Shown here: positions 61,208 through 64,000 of the stretch, piece by piece
Numbering within the stretch: the stretch's first letter is position 1
Layout of the letters: every line of letters starts with the position of its first letter
Assembly: GCF_006345805.1 (NCBI RefSeq)
Contig: NC_042997.1
Coordinates: forward strand, 97,402,001 to 97,466,000
DNA from: Octopus sinensis
Lineage: Eukaryota
Length of the DNA: 64,000 bases
Direction: 5' to 3'
Notes under the pieces: generated by a model
What the model was told of the DNA's origin: nothing
Database searches by the model: none
The model's input: only the letters and a program-made list of their open reading frames with translations
Position numbers and translations under genes: made by a program

Positions 61208-61569
61208 CATATGCACAGATGCACAGATCAAATTTACTGTACTCCTTTTATTGATTTTTCTATATAATATGTCTTCCAATTCAGATCAACACTTGCCTGT
61301 ATGTAATAGACTCAATGTGATACTTGCAACAGTAAGCAAGTCATTTGCAAACCTTTCTGAATTTTGCTAAAAGTGGTTTCAAGCAACATCAAGAGTACAA
61401 AAGAAATGAATAAACTAAGCAATAAAAAAGAAAGAGAATTCACTGACCAATTGAATCCGGATATAAGAAATACCCCAAAACAACATTTTTTAAGTCCTGA
61501 CATCTTACAATAATGTTGATACGTTCATCTTTGGTACGGATTTTATGCAATTTCTGTTTCAGTAACATC
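32595..61569 (-). CDS. TXNDC16: Thioredoxin domain-containing protein 16 (ERp90)-like, multi-exon, 5' end outside window
   Basis: 14 GT-AG exons in phase on -. Peptides collinear with recalled TXNDC16 (EQRTFLEAAY~EHRAVMEAAF, LLHCK~FFHCK, DEV..VV, LTEET, VDC...C...PTIKL...YTGVL, ILGLF, QPLVILF). Ends KEEL*. Confidence 0.85.
34211..34291 (-). CDS. TXNDC16: TXNDC16-like exon (YKMQHAEMGLP...KFLK...FT)
   Basis: atcag acceptor, gtgagt donor, phase 1-1. Confidence 0.75.
35300..35399 (-). CDS. TXNDC16: TXNDC16-like exon (NMVYNYED...VRKWFDEL...)
   Basis: tatag acceptor, gtaagt donor. Confidence 0.85.
36629..36960 (+). mobile_element. tRNA-derived SINE family (copies 27198-27535 -, 34820-35070 +, 54361-54689 -, 60601-60921 +; related head 25741-25985)
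   Basis: tggctcagtggtt A box, agttcaattcc B box, shared body ending ccatggtcattcatgac. Confidence 0.8.
37474..37564 (-). CDS. TXNDC16: TXNDC16-like exon (TALNNFGTELLETYF...PALSVVYFSE)
   Basis: attag acceptor, gtatgt donor. Confidence 0.85.
37688..38161 (+). mobile_element. tRNA-derived CORE-like SINE, full length (copies 2862-3240 -, 28040-28447 -, 36981-37350 +, 45448-45601 -, 59161-59567 +, 61636-62224 -, 62298-62745 -)
   Basis: A/B-box head, CORE-like accttgggcaagt motif, central (TA)/(TG) microsatellite, cagtc..gactg stem-loop tail. Confidence 0.8.
38888..39045 (-). CDS. TXNDC16: TXNDC16-like exon (MELFPDILP...QPLVILF...FTWINV)
   Basis: tttcag acceptor, gtaagt donor. Confidence 0.87.
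40150..40460. repeat. (CA)n compound microsatellite
   Basis: Direct reading. Confidence 0.95.
41731..41872 (-). CDS. TXNDC16: TXNDC16-like exon (GHLQQVAVPSVL...FVKNSYKSHF)
   Basis: ggcag acceptor, gtaagt donor, phases fit. Confidence 0.82.
43819..44192 (+). mobile_element. Helentron-associated (HINE/DINE-1-like) element; truncated copy at 22587-22682
   Basis: Subterminal inverted repeats acctcygcc / gg(t/c)ggaggt, (GTTT)n microsatellite, 3' stem-loop gcgctctctgagtgc, T-rich flanks. Confidence 0.7.
44574..44658 (-). CDS. TXNDC16: TXNDC16-like exon (EIKEFYKVAKAEKG...)
   Basis: aacag acceptor, gtaaga donor. Confidence 0.82.
44850..45447 (-). mobile_element. RTE-type LINE 3' end: ORF2 tail + 3' UTR + (GAT)n tail
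   Basis: VQER.LHWYGRVMR...RKTWDKV followed by the abundant ggttggc.ttaggaagggcatcc...catggaaaacggacgttaa(gat)n module. Related ORF fragment at 30010-30270 (+). Confidence 0.72.
46810..46937 (-). CDS. TXNDC16: TXNDC16-like exon (HSLEDVIQ...ICILGLFPEQST)
   Basis: tttcag acceptor, gtaaga donor. Confidence 0.85.
48183..48432 (-). CDS. TXNDC16: TXNDC16-like thioredoxin-fold exon (DPVGIAF...VDCLHLDEEC...YTGVLNAKSAMKFLYL)
   Basis: ttgacag acceptor, gtaatt donor; Trx-fold motifs, no CxxC. Confidence 0.88.
48800..49300 (+). mobile_element. CR1-type LINE 3' end with (ATT)n tail
   Basis: LPYSERL..LG..TL...TRGH.YK...RKHFF...V...WNRLP..VV....SFK, then 3' UTR and (att)n. Confidence 0.8.
49493..49924. 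repeat. (TATG)n microsatellite
   Basis: Direct reading. Confidence 0.97.
50476..50810. repeat. (GAT)n compound trinucleotide repeat, expanded LINE tail
   Basis: Follows catggaaaaaagacattaaa module. Confidence 0.93.
50829..50978 (-). CDS. TXNDC16: TXNDC16-like exon (SVDHDEVTEVVF...LTEETL...IVFLSK)
   Basis: tttcag acceptor, gtaaat donor. Confidence 0.85.
51462..51865 (-). mobile_element. CR1/Jockey-group LINE 3' end
   Basis: NSLGFRGLQLFNILPK.LR....VGFFKTKLD.FL..VPDEP...SNSL.DQ followed by short stem-loop tail. Confidence 0.75.
52285..52513 (-). mobile_element. piggyBac-type MITE, family A (more copies near 2560-2705, 3901-4110, 33540-33760, 52915-53090)
   Basis: ttaaccctttagc...ctaaagggttaa. 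Confidence 0.8.
53462..53534 (-). CDS. TXNDC16: TXNDC16-like exon (AIETKLAEQK...HFDRK)
   Basis: tttcag acceptor, gtatgt donor, phases fit; poorly conserved linker. Confidence 0.65.
54021..54314. repeat. Long near-perfect inverted repeat (about 144-bp arms, 5-nt loop)
   Basis: Arms compared by hand, about 5 differences. Confidence 0.92.
54745..55045 (+). mobile_element. Non-autonomous Helitron
   Basis: 5' TC(tatatatataaaa), 3' GC-rich hairpin ccgagcaacgccggg then CTAG, inserted between A and T. Confidence 0.78.
55052..55563. mobile_element. TA-flanked MITE (Tc1/mariner-pogo type)
   Basis: TA TSD; TIR ccgtaaatc...agtata / tatact...gatttacgg; no ORF. Confidence 0.8.
56117..56426 (+). mobile_element. 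tRNA-derived SINE (3' fragment also at 50157-50275 -)
   Basis: tggctcagtgg / ggtttcgattcc boxes, tail gtcacgtgatcacgtgat. Confidence 0.78.
56655..57045 (+). mobile_element. Penelope-like fragment interrupted by a MITE
   Basis: PPFSLNVASSAAKKLFQAIDKHF...HKIFNKHTV resembles the WFNPP(F/Y)S.NV...IDKHF...HKIFN.NTV segment of PLE ORFs. Confidence 0.7.
56774..57001. mobile_element. piggyBac-type MITE, family B
   Basis: TTAA TSD, termini cccttccgttac / gtaacaaaaggg; partial copies near 19740-19889 and 26872-27050. Confidence 0.8.
57048..57480 (-). mobile_element. RTE-clade LINE ORF2 3' fragment
   Basis: TKL.VYRTL...LLY..EGWTL...KIQTFE; AILQ.T.EGGRKRGRQRKSW..NI.EW. Confidence 0.8.
57575..57746 (-). 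CDS. TXNDC16: TXNDC16-like exon (ESSTQNKRRLVWLLHCK...KMDIDDN)
   Basis: ttccag acceptor, gtaata donor. Confidence 0.8.
57866..58562. repeat. (TA)n-rich region with nested inverted repeats
   Basis: Direct reading. Confidence 0.9.
60298..60388 (-). CDS. TXNDC16: TXNDC16-like exon (EQRTFLEAAYQNNGTEEFILTN...)
   Basis: ttcatag acceptor, gtaagt donor, phases fit. Confidence 0.85.
61448..61569 (-). CDS. TXNDC16: TXNDC16-like exon (MLLKQKLHKI...NVVLGYFLYPDSI)
   Basis: ttgacag acceptor, gtcagt donor. Confidence 0.75.
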
Positions 61570-61872
61570 CTGTCAATATAGAATTATATATTTTATTATT
61601 TATTATATATATCATTGTTTAATTGTTAGATACTCTTTTACTCTTATACTTGTTTCAGTCATTTGACTGTGGCCATGCTGGAGCACCGCCTTTTAGTTGA
61701 GCAAATTGACCCCGGGACTTATTCTTTGTAAGCCTAGTACTTATTCTATTGATCTCTTTTGCCGAACCACTAAGTTACGGGGACGTAAACACATGAGAAT
61801 CGGTTGTCAAGCGATGTTGGTGGGGAAGGACAAACACAGACACACAAACATATACACACACACATACATACA

Positions 61873-62058
61873 TATATATATATATATATCATCATCATCA
61901 TCATCATCATCATCATTAAGGAATAATATAAATAATATATAAATATATGCATGCATACATACATACATGTACATGTATGTATGTATATATGCATATATTT
62001 ATATATTATTTATATTATTCCTTAACGATGATGACGATGATGATATATATATATATAT
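61873..62058. repeat. Spacer-less palindrome centred 61970/61971
   Basis: 55-bp unique arms with 2 mismatches, extended by (CAT)n/(ATG)n and (TA)n. Confidence 0.9.
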
Positions 62059-63169
62059 AATATATATATGACAAGCTTCTTTCAGTTTCCGTGTACCAAA
62101 TCCACTCATAAGGCTTTGGTCAGCCCAAGGTTATAGTAGAAGACACTTGCCCAAGGTGTCACACAGTTGGACTAAACCCGGAACCATGTAGTTCGTAAAC
62201 AAGCTACTTACCACACATCCACTGAATACATTATATTATAATATCATTAGAACAGACAGTTTCATGGAAAGAAAGTGTGGTGTCTTTTATCTATTATTTT
62301 TACTTGTTTTTGTCACTGGATTGTGACCCTGCTGGAGCACCACCTTGAAAGGTTTGGTTGACCACATCGATATCAGTATTTATTTTTTGAAGGCTGTTAC
62401 TCATTCTATCAATTTATTTTGGTGAACTGCTATGTTGCAGGGATGTAAACACACTAACAATGATTGTGAAGCAGTGATAGACAAATACACACACACACAC
62501 ACACACACACACCACACACACACACACCACACACACACACAAACACACACACACACACGCATATACACAGATACATACATATATTTTTGATAGATTTCTT
62601 TCAGGTTTCATCTACCAAATCCAATCACAAGATTTTGATTTACCAAAGGCTATTGTAGAAGAACCTTGCCTAAGATGTCACAGTGGGACTGAACCCAGGA
62701 CCATGTGGTTGGGAAGCAAACTTATTACTATACAGCCACACTCACCTATGTCCATTAAGAAAATAAGAGCTGGTTATCAAATAAATGTAGGTGTTTTAGA
62801 ACATGAAAAGCAATTGTGTGTGTGTGTGGTGATGGGGGGGTCCATGCATTTGTGTGTGTGTGCATCATCATCTAATATCCCTCTCCATGTTGGTATCTGT
62901 TGGATTGTTCAACAAGATCTAATGTGTTGGATGGCCATGTGATGCTCCAATTTCTGTTTAAGCATGGTTTCTACAGCTTGATTCTCTTCCTAATGTCAGC
63001 TTGCCACCCATTTTACAGAGTGTTCTGAGTGCCTTTTCTATGGCACCATTACTTGTGTGGTTGCCTTGCAACTTGCAAGATTAAAGGGCTTTAATAAGAC
63101 TCGTTTAATAGGAGAGAGGGCATGATTATACTCGGTAAAGTTATGAGGAACAATGAAGTATGAGAGGAG

Positions 63170-63200
<31 letters not shown>

Positions 63201-63242
63201 AATCTCTGAGCGAGGTATAAACAGTAGCTGCATGACATCGTG

Positions 63243-63418
63243 AAGTATATTTGCCACTTAAATGTGGCTAACCCTTTAGGGTCGATGCTACTGTAGCTTG
63301 TAGCCCCAGGAGGCACAGAAAGTGTGTCAATAGCCAGGTGGAGGAGGTGTCCTCCTGAGGCTACAAGCTACCGTAGCATCCACCCTTAAGTGTTAGCCAC
63401 GTTTAAGTGGCAAATATA

Positions 63419-63421
<3 letters not shown>
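63243..63421. repeat. Inverted repeat / hairpin (about 74-bp arms)
   Basis: aagtatatttgccacttaaa...caggagg pairs with cctcctg...tttaagtggcaaatatactt. Confidence 0.9.
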
Positions 63422-63462
<41 letters not shown>

Positions 63463-64000
63463 CTTTAGTAAGTTTGTAACCCAGAAAGAGTAACAAAATA
63501 GACACTATTCTGTGAGTGAGTGTGTGTGCATGTGCGTGCATATCTACATGTGTGCGTGTGTGTCTTTGTGCATGCTCATGCATCTAAAGTACTTGTTATG
63601 TTAAGTCAAAATGCAGCAGTTGTTACAGAAAGAGAAACTGGGGGTGAAGCCATAGAAAAATCAAGGCAACAAATATGTGGATATGGTAAGTAATGTTACA
63701 ATCACCCAAATATAAATGTACTTTTATTTCTCTTTTGTACACTCAAACATTTATGTCCACATGCTTGAGAAGACACACCAAGCTGATTAAAATTGAGGTC
63801 GTAGCTGGTGCCAGTGTCATGTGAAAGGTATCCATGCTAATTCACGTAAAAAGCACCAGTGCCAATGACATATAAAAGACATCTGGCACACTTATGAGGT
63901 GGTTGGCATTAAGAGGAGCATTCAGCTGTAGAAACCAAGCCAAAACAGACTGGAACCTGGTTCATCTCCTCAGTTTACCAGCTCCAGTCAAGCCATCTAA

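Overview
Eukaryotic, AT-rich, microsatellite- and transposon-dense genomic DNA. The SINE/LINE/MITE families look like those of a coleoid cephalopod (Octopus); this is inferred, not verified. Two convergent multi-exon genes fill the window. (1) FBXO38 on + : 13 GT-AG exons from 4223 to the stop at 26475, summing to 4569 nt in one continuous frame (1522 aa). The F-box first exon lies upstream of the window, and the low-complexity middle is much expanded. (2) TXNDC16/ERp90-like on - : 14 exons from 61569 down to the stop at 32595, about 568 aa, with the 5' end outside the window and a C-terminal KEEL ER-retention signal. Introns and the intergenic gap hold a decayed Tc1/mariner element, piggyBac-type and TA-flanked MITEs, Helitron and Helentron non-autonomous elements, Penelope-like fragments (one with a degenerate hammerhead motif), RTE/CR1-group LINE ends and at least four tRNA-derived SINE families. 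Most notable: (TA)n-associated long palindromes, a six-copy head-to-tail SINE array between the genes, a candidate alternative last exon that would remove KEEL, a copy-number-variable hairpin array in a LINE 3' UTR, and a 39-bp element duplicated exactly in two adjacent introns. No prokaryotic system, CRISPR array, rRNA or true tRNA gene was seen. Most ORFs in the supplied track are microsatellite or repeat noise. Comparisons with human proteins are from recalled sequence, not from an alignment run.
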